Shown here piece after piece: positions 19,306-29,226 of a stretch of DNA of 64,000 bases. A program made the position numbers and the translations under genes. The DNA is from an uncultured bacterium (lineage in GTDB: Bacteria > Krumholzibacteriota > Krumholzibacteriia > Krumholzibacteriales > Krumholzibacteriaceae). The DNA lies in NCBI GenBank assembly GCA_963786935.1, contig CAWBAN010000003.1, forward strand, positions 192,001-256,000. Direction: 5' to 3'. Below the pieces are notes generated by a model. The model ran no database searches and was not told the DNA's origin. It was given only the letters and a program-made list of their open reading frames with translations. Every line of letters starts with the position of its first letter. The stretch's first letter is position 1.

Positions 19306-19806
19306 ATGGCGGTACAGGAGATTCTCTATCTCGGCAATCCGAAGCTGTACGAGGAGTCGAGCAAGGTCGGGCGCGATGAGCTCGACGAGCTCAAGGGGGT
19401 GTTCGAGGATCTGGCGGACACGCTCCAGGAGTTCCGCGACGAGTATGGATGGGGGCGCGCGATCTCCGCGCCGCAGATCGGGGTCATGAAGCGGATCGTC
19501 TTCATGGACGTCAACGAGCCGATCGTTCTCATCAATCCGGTGATCAAGCTGCGGAACCGCCGGAAGGTGATCGTGTGGGACGATTGCATGAGCTGTCCCG
19601 ACCTCCTCGTGCAGGTCAAGCGCTACCGCCGCTGCAAGATCGAGTACCGCGACGAGAACTGGAACAAGCGGAGCATGTACCTCGAGGGGAAGCTCGCGAC
19701 GCTCCTCCAGCATGAAGTGGATCATCTCAAGGGGATTCTCATCACGCAGCGGGCGCTCACGGAGAAAAGCTTCGCGCTCCGGAGCGAGCGCGCGTACCTG
19801 AAATAG
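19306..19806 (+). CDS. def: Peptide deformylase (atypical motifs)
   Basis: GRAISAPQIG, LINP, WDDCMS and QHEVDHL. Confidence 0.85.
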   Translation: MAVQEILYLGNPKLYEESSKVGRDELDELKGVFEDLADTLQEFRDEYGWGRAISAPQIGVMKRIVFMDVNEPIVLINPVIKLRNRRKVIVWDDCMSCPDLLVQVKRYRRCKIEYRDENWNKRSMYLEGKLATLLQHEVDHLKGILITQRALTEKSFALRSERAYLK

Positions 19807-19868
19807 CCCGTGCCCGCGCCGTGCCTCGAACCGGCCGCGCGTTCTTTGATTTCCAAGAGGAGGGCTCC

Positions 19869-21155
19869 ATGTCGAACGCATCGCAGAAGGACTATTCCAG
19901 GGCGCTTGAGATCGGCCGTCCCCCGAATATCGCGAGGCTCTTCCCGAACTCCCGGGCCCTCATCGTGAGCGGCAAGGCCGTCGACCGCGCCATGAGATCG
20001 AAGGGACGGGCGATGACGATCGCCGCGAACGCGCGGAACAGCTTCGTGATCCGCGGGGCGCTCAGGGCCGCCCAGCGGGCGCACGCCGCGATCATCGTCG
20101 AGATCGCGAAATCGGAGGGAGGGGCGAGCGCGTACTGCCCGGTGAGCCTCTGGAACATGGCCACGCTCGTGGACGCCTTCGCGAACGAGCTCGGGATCAC
20201 CGTTCCGGTTGCGGTGCACGCCGACCACTACGGCATCAAGGGCGAGAAGGACGTCGAGGCGGCGCGCGTCGAAATCCCGTCCCTCTTCGAGGCGGGTATC
20301 ACCTCGATCGCTATCGACGCCTCGCACCTTCCGGACGACGAGAATCTCCTCGCCGGCATCGAGCTCGCCCGGTACGTCCCCCCGTGGGCCGGTCTTGAGA
20401 CCGAGGTGGGCGAGATCAAGGGCGCGCAGGGGCTTTCGACCGTCGATGAGGCGCTCTTCCTGATCAGGGGGCTCAACGCGCACGGCGTGTTCCCCGACTG
20501 GATCGCGCTCAACAACGGCACGACGCACGGGATCGAGGCGAGCGACGCCGGTATCCAGGTCGAGTTGACGGCGGCGATCCACCGGGCGCTCGAACCGTAC
20601 CGGATCTCGGGCGCGCAGCACGGCACGTCGGGCAACAACAGCGATCGGCTGCGCCGGATCGCGGCGGAGACCGCCACGACCAAGGCGAACGTCGCAACCG
20701 CGCTCCAGATGGTTTCGTGGGGGGTCGAGGTGAACGACTACGGCAACGCGAAGCTCGACGGCGACGGCAACTTTATCAAGGTGCCCGATACGGGCGTTTC
20801 GGACGCCCTGTGGAACAAGATGGCGGAGCACGCCGCCGAGAAGGGATGGAAGAAGGGCGACTACAAGAAGCTCAACCTTCCCTTCGAGAACCGCCTCCTC
20901 GGGCAGCCGGCCGCCGTCCGCGAGCGGATGGTCGCCGCCGTGGAGGAGTTCACCTACGGTCTCCTGACGAAGGTGTTCAACGCGACGGACACCGCGCCGC
21001 TCGCGATCGACGCGATACTATCGGCGGGTTCCTACGATCTCGGGCCCAAGGGTCGCCGGATCGAGGATCCGGCGGAGTGGACCGTGGAAAAGATACGATC
21101 CCGGGCCAAAACCGTTTCCGCGGACAAGGGATCGAAGGGGGATTTCTCGGACTAG
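19869..21155 (+). CDS. Class II fructose-bisphosphate aldolase
   Basis: VHADH, IDASHL, ETEVG, NGTTHG, QHGTSG and KANVAT. Confidence 0.9.
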   Translation: MSNASQKDYSRALEIGRPPNIARLFPNSRALIVSGKAVDRAMRSKGRAMTIAANARNSFVIRGALRAAQRAHAAIIVEIAKSEGGASAYCPVSLWNMATLVDAFANELGITVPVAVHADHYGIKGEKDVEAARVEIPSLFEAGITSIAIDASHLPDDENLLAGIELARYVPPWAGLETEVGEIKGAQGLSTVDEALFLIRGLNAHGVFPDWIALNNGTTHGIEASDAGIQVELTAAIHRALEPYRISGAQHGTSGNNSDRLRRIAAETATTKANVATALQMVSWGVEVNDYGNAKLDGDGNFIKVPDTGVSDALWNKMAEHAAEKGWKKGDYKKLNLPFENRLLGQPAAVRERMVAAVEEFTYGLLTKVFNATDTAPLAIDAILSAGSYDLGPKGRRIEDPAEWTVEKIRSRAKTVSADKGSKGDFSD

Positions 21156-21177
21156 GCGACACGGAGACGGTCGTCGG

Positions 21178-21208
21178 CGGGGCCGGGGTTGGATCCCCGG
21201 CCCCGTTT
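21178..21208 (+). terminator. Intrinsic terminator hairpin
   Basis: CGGGGCCGGGG-TTGGAT-CCCCGGCCCCG-TTT between convergent genes. Confidence 0.7.
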
Positions 21209-21210
21209 CG

Positions 21211-21981
21211 TTATCCTCGCCGCCCTTGCTCCCTGATGACGACGGTGCCGGCGATCCGGTCGTGGATCGTCTGCCTGTTCGGATCCCAGAACACCTCGAG
21301 GAATCCGAGAAATCCCGTCGCCGCCGAAGCGGCGTATCCGCCGGCGCGCCCGAAGGAGCCCCACAGGCTCATGTTCCGCCCGTTGAGCGCGGTTGCCCTG
21401 ATGCCGGCGAGCGCCTTTCCCGGCGTCTTTCCCCTCATCGCCCAGGTGAGAATCGTGAAATAGGCCATGAAAACGACCGCGCCGGACGCGAAGCCTCCGA
21501 AGCCCGTCACCACGTCGCTCCCGAGCGACAGCAGTCCGGTCTCCTCGTTGAACTTCGATTCCTTGGCGTCGAGGTTCAGGGCGACGCTCATCCGGTCCGA
21601 TGAAACGAGCGTCGAGAGAACGCTGTCGGCGTGGGTCTGGATCGCCGAGCGAACGTCGGAGGGCAATACGCGCGGATTCCGTTCGTCGATGATTCGGAAG
21701 ACGTCGGCGGTGAGACGCCGCCCGACGGCGTCCCGCTCCGGTCCCGGCTCCGCGCGGTAATATTCAATGCCGCCTTTGAGAAGGTTGGGGTACCGGGCAT
21801 TATTGACGGCGACGGCGAGGAGAAACAGGGCCAGCACGACGAGCGCGCCGTCGACGATGAACGCCGCCGCGCGCCTGAACGGCGACGCGAGCGGTTTTCC
21901 GATGAGGCGGGGATCGACGAGCATGGGCTCGTCGGTCACCGCGCGCCGCCGTTGGATTTTCTCGCTTCTTGACCTCTTCAT
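21211..21981 (-). CDS. RDD family membrane protein
   Basis: ASPFRRAAAFIVD, GKTPGK and RQTIHDRIAGTVV; soluble insert in the middle. Confidence 0.9.
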   Translation of the reverse strand: MKRSRSEKIQRRRAVTDEPMLVDPRLIGKPLASPFRRAAAFIVDGALVVLALFLLAVAVNNARYPNLLKGGIEYYRAEPGPERDAVGRRLTADVFRIIDERNPRVLPSDVRSAIQTHADSVLSTLVSSDRMSVALNLDAKESKFNEETGLLSLGSDVVTGFGGFASGAVVFMAYFTILTWAMRGKTPGKALAGIRATALNGRNMSLWGSFGRAGGYAASAATGFLGFLEVFWDPNRQTIHDRIAGTVVIREQGRRG

Positions 21982-22009
21982 GATCCACACGTTCCCGCCG
22001 GCGACACCG

Positions 22010-22792
22010 TCATCCGTTCTCCTCTTCGTACTTCTCGAGAACCCGCACGAAGGCCGCGACCGTCGCCTCGTCACGGTCGACGAGCGTGACGTCGGAGAGG
22101 CTCTTCGGCTGGTGCGCTCTGAGCGCCTCGAAGATCGCCGCGGCGGAGTCGTCCGGAGAGACGCTCCCGGCGCCCGTTCCGAGCCCCGGAATCGCGACCG
22201 ATTCGAGCCCGAGCTCCTCGACGAGCGCGAGCGCAGCGGCCGCGGCGCGTTTCACGGCGTCGGGAGAGCTCGGCCCGCCCGGCTCCGCGGCGACCGCGAC
22301 GTGGATGATCTTGAGATTCTGGAGCGTTCCGGCCGTCGTGGCGACCGCGGCGCCGACCGCGAGCGGCGCCTTCGCGGCGGCTTCCTTTTCGATCGCGTCC
22401 CCGCCGGCCGCCTTGATGGCGCCGGCCACGCCCTGCGCCATGACGCCCCGCGGATCGGCCGGGTTGACGATCGCGTCGACGAAGAGCTTCGTGATGTCCC
22501 CGAGGCGGGCTTTGACGCCGACGTCCCCGACGTCGGCCGTGAACTTGTTCTCGTCCATCGCGATCTCGGCGAGCACGACGTCGGGACGGTTGCGGTACTT
22601 CTTCGTGATCTTTTCGCTCTGGACCGCCGCGTAGTTTATGGCCTTGAAGAGATCCTCCGGCGCGAGCTCGCCCTCGATGAAGGCTTCGATCTTCTTCGCG
22701 AGCGGCTCGACGAGATCTTTCGTCTGCCTCCGCTTGAGCGAGTCGATGAATTTGAGCTTCCGCTCCGCGCGCTCTTCCTCTTTCTTCGTCAT
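22010..22792 (-). CDS. Macrodomain protein with N-terminal helical extension
   Basis: GDITKLFVDAIVNPA, GVAGAI, IIHVA and SVAIPGLGTG. Confidence 0.88.
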   Translation of the reverse strand: MTKKEEERAERKLKFIDSLKRRQTKDLVEPLAKKIEAFIEGELAPEDLFKAINYAAVQSEKITKKYRNRPDVVLAEIAMDENKFTADVGDVGVKARLGDITKLFVDAIVNPADPRGVMAQGVAGAIKAAGGDAIEKEAAAKAPLAVGAAVATTAGTLQNLKIIHVAVAAEPGGPSSPDAVKRAAAAALALVEELGLESVAIPGLGTGAGSVSPDDSAAAIFEALRAHQPKSLSDVTLVDRDEATVAAFVRVLEKYEEENG

Positions 22793-22947
22793 GAGTATTT
22801 CATATCGCATGCGGTGGCTGAAGGCAAGCGCGGAATTGCCGTGCGGTGCGGCGCCGCGGCGGGTTTATTCGCTTCAAAAAACGCGCGCGCCGATATAGAA
22901 TTCGACGGTTCGCCCACGTGACGCTTTTTGTATAAGAAGGAGGCAGT

Positions 22948-25029
22948 ATGAAGCCGTTCAATGGCGCGCGAGCGCTTCTCGTGATTCTGGCCGCCGTGCT
23001 CGTCTGCGCGGCGTCTCTCTCCGCGGTCCGCGCGGCCGATGTGAAGCCGCTCACCCCCGCCGACATCTGGAAGCTGAAAGCGGTCGGCGAGCCGCAGCTC
23101 TCGAGCGACGGGAAGTGGATCGCCTACACGATCTCGACGACCGATTTCGACAAGAACACGCGCAATTCGGACATTTATATTGTCGCATCCGGCGGCGGCG
23201 AGCCGCGGCGCATGACGACGAGCGAGAAGCGCGACGACTCGCCGGCATGGTCTCCCGACGGGACGACGATCGCGTTCATTTCGTCTCGCGGCGGCGACGC
23301 TCAGATCTACGTCCTGCCGGTCGGCGGCGGCGAGGCGCGCACGGTCACCGATTTCCCCGGCGGCGTGGACGATTTTATTTGGACGCCGGACGGGAAGGGC
23401 TTCGTCTTCGCGGCGAGGACCTATCCCGACTGCGCCGATCTCGACTGCATCGAGAAGAAGGACAAGGAGCGGGAGGAAAGCAAGGTCGGCGCCAAGGTGC
23501 ACGAGCACCTCATGTACCGGCACTGGAACGCGTACGAGGACGGGAAGGTTCAGCACCTGTACCATACGCCCGTCGAGGGAGGCGCGCCGCGCGACCTCAC
23601 GCCGGGCTTGAGATTCGACGCGCTCACCTACTGGCTCGCCTCCGCCGGGCGCGACTACGCGATATCCCCCGACGGCTCGATGCTCTATTTCTCGGGCAAG
23701 CAGGACGAGGCACAGGCGGTTTCCTACAATGAGGAGATCTGGTGCGTGCCGCTCGCCGGCGGCGACGTGCTGAAGATCACGGACAACCCGGCCGCCGATA
23801 CGCACCCGCGCGTCTCTCCCGACGGGAAATCGCTTGCCTATCGGGCGACGCGGCGTCCCGGTTACGAGTCCGATCGCTACGAGCTCATGCTGATGCATCT
23901 TCCGGCCGGCGAGCCGCGAAGCCTCACGGCCGATTTCGACCGGAGCGTCGGCGACTTCTTCTGGGCGGCCGACGGGAAGAGCCTCTACTTCGAGACCGAG
24001 GATCGCGGCGACGTGAACCTCTGCGTCGTCCCGACGGACGGCGGCGCGGTGAAGCCGGTCATCGACGGCGCCCGGGCCGGCCGCGGATACCACACCGACG
24101 TCGCGGCGGGGCCGAGGGACGCCTTCTTCGTCTATCGCCACCGGCCGATGGCGCACACGTTCGAGATCTTCCGCTCCGACAAAGCCGGGAAGAACGTGAA
24201 GCAGATCACTTTCGCAAACAAGGAATTCTACGATACGTTCTTCGTGCCGCAGGGCTCGGAAGAGTACTGGTGGAAGGCGGCCGACGGCGCCGACGTCCAC
24301 GGCTGGCTCATCAAGCCGATGAGCCTCGATCCGGCGAAGAAATACCCGATGATGGTGCGCGTCCACGGCGGCCCGCAGCAGATGTGGGTGAACGGTTTCC
24401 GCACCGAGTTCGCGCTCTTCCCGGGCGCCGGCTACGCCGTTTTCTTCTGCAATCCGCGCGGCTCGGGGGGCTACGGGCAGAAGTTCTGCGACGACATCCG
24501 CGGCGACTGGGGCGGGAAGCCCGTGGACGATCTCAAGGCCGGCGTGCGGACCGTTCTCGAGAAGAATCCCTGGATCGACGCGAAGCGCGTCGGCGCGTGG
24601 GGGGACTCCTACGGCGGCTTCTTCTGCAACTGGCTCCAGGGACACAACGAGGACAGGATGTTCGCCGCGCTCGTCTCGCACGCGGGGGACGCCGACGAGT
24701 GGGCCGGCTGGGGCTCGACCGAAGAGCTCTGGTTCCCCGAATGGGATCTCACCGGCACGCCATGGGACAAGCCCGAGGTGTACGACCGGACCTCGGCGAT
24801 CCGCTACGCGAAGAACTTCTCGACGCCGCATCTCTTCACGCACGGCGATCTCGACTACCGCGTGCCGATCACGGGAGGGGAGACGATGTTCACGGCGTGC
24901 CAGCGCCTCGGCGTGCCGTCGAAGATGATCCGCTTCACCGACGAGGGGCACTGGATCCTGAAGCCGCAGAACCAGAAATTCTGGTACGGCGAGGTGCTCG
25001 GCTGGTTCGACGAATACCTCAAGAAATGA
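22948..25029 (+). CDS. Secreted S9 family peptidase
   Basis: Signal peptide, WD40-like SPDG repeats, HGGP, GDSYGG, DYRV and EGH catalytic motifs. Confidence 0.93.
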   Translation: MKPFNGARALLVILAAVLVCAASLSAVRAADVKPLTPADIWKLKAVGEPQLSSDGKWIAYTISTTDFDKNTRNSDIYIVASGGGEPRRMTTSEKRDDSPAWSPDGTTIAFISSRGGDAQIYVLPVGGGEARTVTDFPGGVDDFIWTPDGKGFVFAARTYPDCADLDCIEKKDKEREESKVGAKVHEHLMYRHWNAYEDGKVQHLYHTPVEGGAPRDLTPGLRFDALTYWLASAGRDYAISPDGSMLYFSGKQDEAQAVSYNEEIWCVPLAGGDVLKITDNPAADTHPRVSPDGKSLAYRATRRPGYESDRYELMLMHLPAGEPRSLTADFDRSVGDFFWAADGKSLYFETEDRGDVNLCVVPTDGGAVKPVIDGARAGRGYHTDVAAGPRDAFFVYRHRPMAHTFEIFRSDKAGKNVKQITFANKEFYDTFFVPQGSEEYWWKAADGADVHGWLIKPMSLDPAKKYPMMVRVHGGPQQMWVNGFRTEFALFPGAGYAVFFCNPRGSGGYGQKFCDDIRGDWGGKPVDDLKAGVRTVLEKNPWIDAKRVGAWGDSYGGFFCNWLQGHNEDRMFAALVSHAGDADEWAGWGSTEELWFPEWDLTGTPWDKPEVYDRTSAIRYAKNFSTPHLFTHGDLDYRVPITGGETMFTACQRLGVPSKMIRFTDEGHWILKPQNQKFWYGEVLGWFDEYLKK

Positions 25030-25044
25030 TAGCGGACGCATGAG

Positions 25045-25077
25045 AAGGGCGGCCCGGAAACCACCGGGCCGCCCTTT
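25045..25077. terminator. Bidirectional intrinsic terminator
   Basis: AAGGGCGGCCCGG-AAACCA-CCGGGCCGCCCTTT; a second hairpin lies at 25091-25115. Confidence 0.75.
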
Positions 25078-25121
25078 GGTGCGCGCTCATCGAACCGCCG
25101 CCTCTCGGCGGTTCGTCGAAG

Positions 25122-27722
25122 CTACCTGAGAAGAATCATCTTGTTCGATTCCACGAACGTCCCCGCCGTCATCCGGCAGAAGTAGATGCCGCTCGCCACC
25201 TTCGTTCCGGATTCATCCGTGCCGTTCCAGACAACTTCGTGGCGTCCCGCGGTGAGCGTCTTGTCGACGAGCACCCGGACGAGGCGCCCCGAGACATCGA
25301 AGATCTTGAGCGATACCCGCGCCGGGGCGCTGATATCGAACGCGATCTTCGTCGTCGGATTGAAGGGATTGGGGAAGCTCTGGTGCAGGCGATTCGCCGC
25401 CGGGGCCGTCTCCGCGACGTCGGTCGCGGTGCAGCCGACGTCCCGCGCCCCGATGAGGCCGCATCCGCCGCTGTTGGCCGAGGCGCACGGCGACGTGTTG
25501 AACAGCGTCAGATTGTGGTTGGCCGGATCACAGAACAGGGGATCGGTATCGATGTTGCCGGAGCCCCATGAGATCGAGCTGCCTCCGGTCGAATAGATGG
25601 CAGCCTGACCGCCCTGAACGTCGCAGCACCCCACGGGCAGCTCGCTCGCGTTCACGGCTATCTGCGGGCCGGCGATATCGGCGCTGTTATCCCAGAAGAT
25701 GCAATCGTAGAGATCGGCGAGCGAGGCATTGACGTCATATAATGCGCCGCCGATCTGACGCGCGCCGTTGTTGTAGAACGTGCAGTGCAGGAAGGCCGAG
25801 TTGTCGTAGTCCTTGCCGTAGAACGCGCCCGCGTTGTACTCGGCCATGTTCCCGTCGAATACCGTATTTTGGACCCACGCCTCGGAGTGGTTGGTGCAGT
25901 ACATCCCTCCGCCGTCCGTGGATGACGAGTTGCCGAGCAAAGTGCACTGATCGAGGTGGGGAGTGCTCGAATTGCAGTAGATCCCCGCCCCGTAGCGGCC
26001 CGCTTCGTTGGCGGTGAAGGTGCAGAGCGTTATGAAGGGTTCGGCGCTCACGCGGTTGTACATCGCGCCCCCGTCCTCGGTAGCCGTGTTTTCCTGGAAG
26101 ATACAGCTGTCATAGCTCAATGTCGCCGGAGCGTTGCCGTTCTGGTTGTGAACGCCTCCTCCCCAGTGCTGCGTGATGTTGTATCTGAAGGTGCACCCTT
26201 CGACCGTCGGGCTTGCATAGTAATTGTAAAGACCCCCCCCTCCCCAGGTTCCCGTGTTGCCCTCGAAAAGGCAGTTGGTGATGGCGGGCGCGCAGGTATG
26301 GCACAGGATGCCGCCGCCGGCGTCATCGGCCGAGTTGTTGAGGAATGTGCAGCCGGCAATGTCGGGATTGCCCTGGAGAACGATTATGCCGCCGCCGTCA
26401 ACCGTCACGTGATTCCCGCTCAGGATGCAGCCCTGGATGGTCGGGGAGCAGCCGGTCACGTTGATTCCGCCGCCGTACGAGCTCCACCCGTTGATGATCT
26501 TCAGGTTCTTGATGACGGTCTGCGGTCCCTCTCCCTTGCGGATGTAGAAGCCGCGATGGAGGGAACCGGAGCTCCCCTGGCAGTTGATGATGCACGCGCT
26601 CGCGTTGCCGCTCAGCGACTGGACGGTGATCCGCTTGCCTTTCGTGTCGAGGTCGCGGTTCCCGTCGCCCGTGTAGGTGCCGTCCGCCACGCGAACGATA
26701 TCCCCGTTCCACGCGGCGTCGATCGCCGCCTGGATCGTCGGCTTGTACGACGGAACGTCGATGGCGGCCGCGTAGTGGGGATAGTGATACCCGAGATCCA
26801 CCGAGCCGAGGTCCTCCTGCTGGTTCGTTTTCGTCGTCCAGCCGCCGCTCATGCAGGTCGTGCCGTCGGCCGACGGGTAGCACGCGGCGGTCGCGAGCAC
26901 GCTCCCCGCGTCGACCGCGTCGCTCAACGCCTGGTTCAGATAGTAGTCGCCGCCCGTTCCCCAGACGAACGAGGCGTCTCCGTCGAAGCCTCCGCCGCCG
27001 GTGTATCCCTCGATGAGATTGTGGTTGAAGAGGCCGTAGAAGGCGCCATCGATCTCGCTGTCGAAGTTCCAGTAGATGATGTTGTCGACGATATCCGCGT
27101 CTCCCCCGAGGGAGCTGATGCCGCCCGCGCCGCCGGTGCACGTGTTGCTGACGATCGTGCAGTTGCGAATCTGTCCGTTGCAGTAGTGGACGCGAACGCC
27201 GCCGCCGTGGCCATACGCCGTGCAGTTCGAGACGAGGCAGTTGAAGATGCCGGGATCGGCGCTCGCGTTGTCGATGTAGATGCCGCCGCCGTCGCTGTCC
27301 GCCGTGCAATTGTCGATCACGCAGTTCATGATGGTCGGAGAGGAGGCCACGATGGAGATCCCGCCGCCGTTCGTCTCGCCGCCATCCCGGATCGTGAATC
27401 CCTGGACGATCGCCGAGGACCCCTCGCCCGAGTGAAAATAGAATCCGCGGCCGCCGCCGCTGCAGTCGATAATGCAGTATTTCGGCTGGTTGCTCTCCGA
27501 CCTCAGCTTCAGGTTCTTGCCGCCGAAGTCGATGTCGTAATTGCCGGCGCCCGCGTACGTTCCGTCGGCGCAGTAAATGGTGTCCCCCGAGCTCGCGGCG
27601 GTCACCGCCGCCTGAATGGTCGCGTAAGCGCCCGTTCCGTCGGCCTTGAGATGGAAATGGGCGGCCGATGCCGCGGACGAGACCGCGGCGAGAAAAGCGA
27701 TCATGAGCATGATGCGGCGCAT
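25122..27722 (-). CDS. Secreted right-handed beta-helix repeat protein with FlgD-Ig/T9SS-like C-terminus
   Basis: Two TIQAA...DGTY.G.GN modules, many GGGI repeats, and PNPFNPTT...SGIYFCRM. Confidence 0.88.
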   Translation of the reverse strand: MRRIMLMIAFLAAVSSAASAAHFHLKADGTGAYATIQAAVTAASSGDTIYCADGTYAGAGNYDIDFGGKNLKLRSESNQPKYCIIDCSGGGRGFYFHSGEGSSAIVQGFTIRDGGETNGGGISIVASSPTIMNCVIDNCTADSDGGGIYIDNASADPGIFNCLVSNCTAYGHGGGVRVHYCNGQIRNCTIVSNTCTGGAGGISSLGGDADIVDNIIYWNFDSEIDGAFYGLFNHNLIEGYTGGGGFDGDASFVWGTGGDYYLNQALSDAVDAGSVLATAACYPSADGTTCMSGGWTTKTNQQEDLGSVDLGYHYPHYAAAIDVPSYKPTIQAAIDAAWNGDIVRVADGTYTGDGNRDLDTKGKRITVQSLSGNASACIINCQGSSGSLHRGFYIRKGEGPQTVIKNLKIINGWSSYGGGINVTGCSPTIQGCILSGNHVTVDGGGIIVLQGNPDIAGCTFLNNSADDAGGGILCHTCAPAITNCLFEGNTGTWGGGGLYNYYASPTVEGCTFRYNITQHWGGGVHNQNGNAPATLSYDSCIFQENTATEDGGAMYNRVSAEPFITLCTFTANEAGRYGAGIYCNSSTPHLDQCTLLGNSSSTDGGGMYCTNHSEAWVQNTVFDGNMAEYNAGAFYGKDYDNSAFLHCTFYNNGARQIGGALYDVNASLADLYDCIFWDNSADIAGPQIAVNASELPVGCCDVQGGQAAIYSTGGSSISWGSGNIDTDPLFCDPANHNLTLFNTSPCASANSGGCGLIGARDVGCTATDVAETAPAANRLHQSFPNPFNPTTKIAFDISAPARVSLKIFDVSGRLVRVLVDKTLTAGRHEVVWNGTDESGTKVASGIYFCRMTAGTFVESNKMILLR

Positions 27723-27859
27723 AGTCCCCTCCTCGATGCGATTGATGGAAAGAATTCCCCTGGTGCGACGTCCCCCCAAGATGCTGGAAACCGTCGGCAA
27801 TTATACCAGATAACGGCTTTATATTAAAGAGGATTCTTGGTTCGGCGGGGCCGCGGTTT

Positions 27860-29224
27860 TTACTCTTCCGACAGATCCTCCGCCGCGATCCGGTCGATCT
27901 CGGCGGGAGTGATCCCGAGCGCTTCGGCCGCCGATTCCTTCTGCTGGCCGAAATAGGAGAGCGTGTGCCGCACGTGCTCCCGCACGACCTCGTCGAGCCG
28001 CTTCGGCATGAAGATATCGCTCCCGACGCCGCGCTCGACACGATCCCTGATGAAGAGGGGGAGCGATTCGACGGTGACGATGTCGGTATCGGCGTTCGCG
28101 ACGGCGCTCGCGACGATGGTGATGAGCTCCTGCACGTTGTCGGGGAATTGATACGACACGAGAAGTTGCATGCAATCCTTTGAAAAGCCGGCGATGGTCT
28201 TTCCGGCCTTTTCGCTTTCTTCCTTGAGAAAGAGCTCCGCGAGAAGCGGAATATCGCCGGGACGCTCACGCAGCGGCGGAATCCTGATCGAGTTGATCAT
28301 GAGATGATAGAGGAGATCCCGCGAGAACCGGTTCGCGTATTCGGGGTGCGTGAGGTCGCGTTTCGCCGAAACGATGACGCGCACGGCCGCCTTCCTGATG
28401 CTCGTCGAGCTCTCGCGGTAGTACTCGCCCGTCTGGATGAGGCGCTTGAGCTTCACCTGCATCGGGAGCGTCAGATCGCCGATGTTGTTGAGGAAGAGCG
28501 TGCCGTGGTCCGCCTGCTCGAGGAGCCCCGGCGTCTCTTCGTGGGAGCCGTGCCAGTCCTTCGCCTGACCGAAAAAGAACGAGGGGAACTTCTCGGGATC
28601 CTGGCTGTCGACCTCGACGACGACGAAGGGTCCGTCCTTGCGCGGGCTCGCCTCGTGGATGGCGCGGGCGAGCGTTTCCTTGCCGCTTCCGCTCTCGCCC
28701 CAGATGAAGATGCTGACGTCGCTCGCGGCGAGCTTCTCCGCCTGATGGAAGAGGCGGATCATCCGGTCGTCCTGCGTCGGAAGCTTCGTGAATGCGGCTT
28801 CGAACGCGAGGTCCTTCCTCGTCAGCTGCTTCGGGAGCTGGTTGATCGTTTTTTGAAGCGTCCGGTTTTCAATCGCGTTTTCGAGTACCTGGACGAGATT
28901 CTGGTCGTCGACCGGTTTCGTGAGATAATCGAACGCGCCGAGCTTCATCGCGCGGACGGCGAGGTCGACGTCGCTGACGCCGGTGAGGATGACGGCGGGC
29001 GTGTCGTCCCCCTTTCCCCGCATCATGCGCAGGATGTCCATGCCGCTGACGTTCGGCATGTCCATGTCGAGAAGGATCGCGTCGAAACGCTCGCGCTCGA
29101 GGAGGCCGGCCACCTCGCGCGAATCGTTCACGACGGACGGCTCGAAGATCCCCGTCTGGACGAGAAACACCATGAAGTAGTTGGTTACGGCGACGTCGTC
29201 GTCGATGATGAGAACTCGCTTCAT
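27860..29224 (-). CDS. NtrC-type REC-AAA+-HTH regulator with degenerate ATPase/GAFTGA motifs
   Basis: REC domain (IIDDD, LLDMDMP, KP), GESGSGKE, IPPLRER and Fis-like HTH. Fused to the kinase in the ORF track only because of a frameshift. Confidence 0.88.
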   Translation of the reverse strand: MKRVLIIDDDVAVTNYFMVFLVQTGIFEPSVVNDSREVAGLLERERFDAILLDMDMPNVSGMDILRMMRGKGDDTPAVILTGVSDVDLAVRAMKLGAFDYLTKPVDDQNLVQVLENAIENRTLQKTINQLPKQLTRKDLAFEAAFTKLPTQDDRMIRLFHQAEKLAASDVSIFIWGESGSGKETLARAIHEASPRKDGPFVVVEVDSQDPEKFPSFFFGQAKDWHGSHEETPGLLEQADHGTLFLNNIGDLTLPMQVKLKRLIQTGEYYRESSTSIRKAAVRVIVSAKRDLTHPEYANRFSRDLLYHLMINSIRIPPLRERPGDIPLLAELFLKEESEKAGKTIAGFSKDCMQLLVSYQFPDNVQELITIVASAVANADTDIVTVESLPLFIRDRVERGVGSDIFMPKRLDEVVREHVRHTLSYFGQQKESAAEALGITPAEIDRIAAEDLSEE

Positions 29225-29226
29225 CG

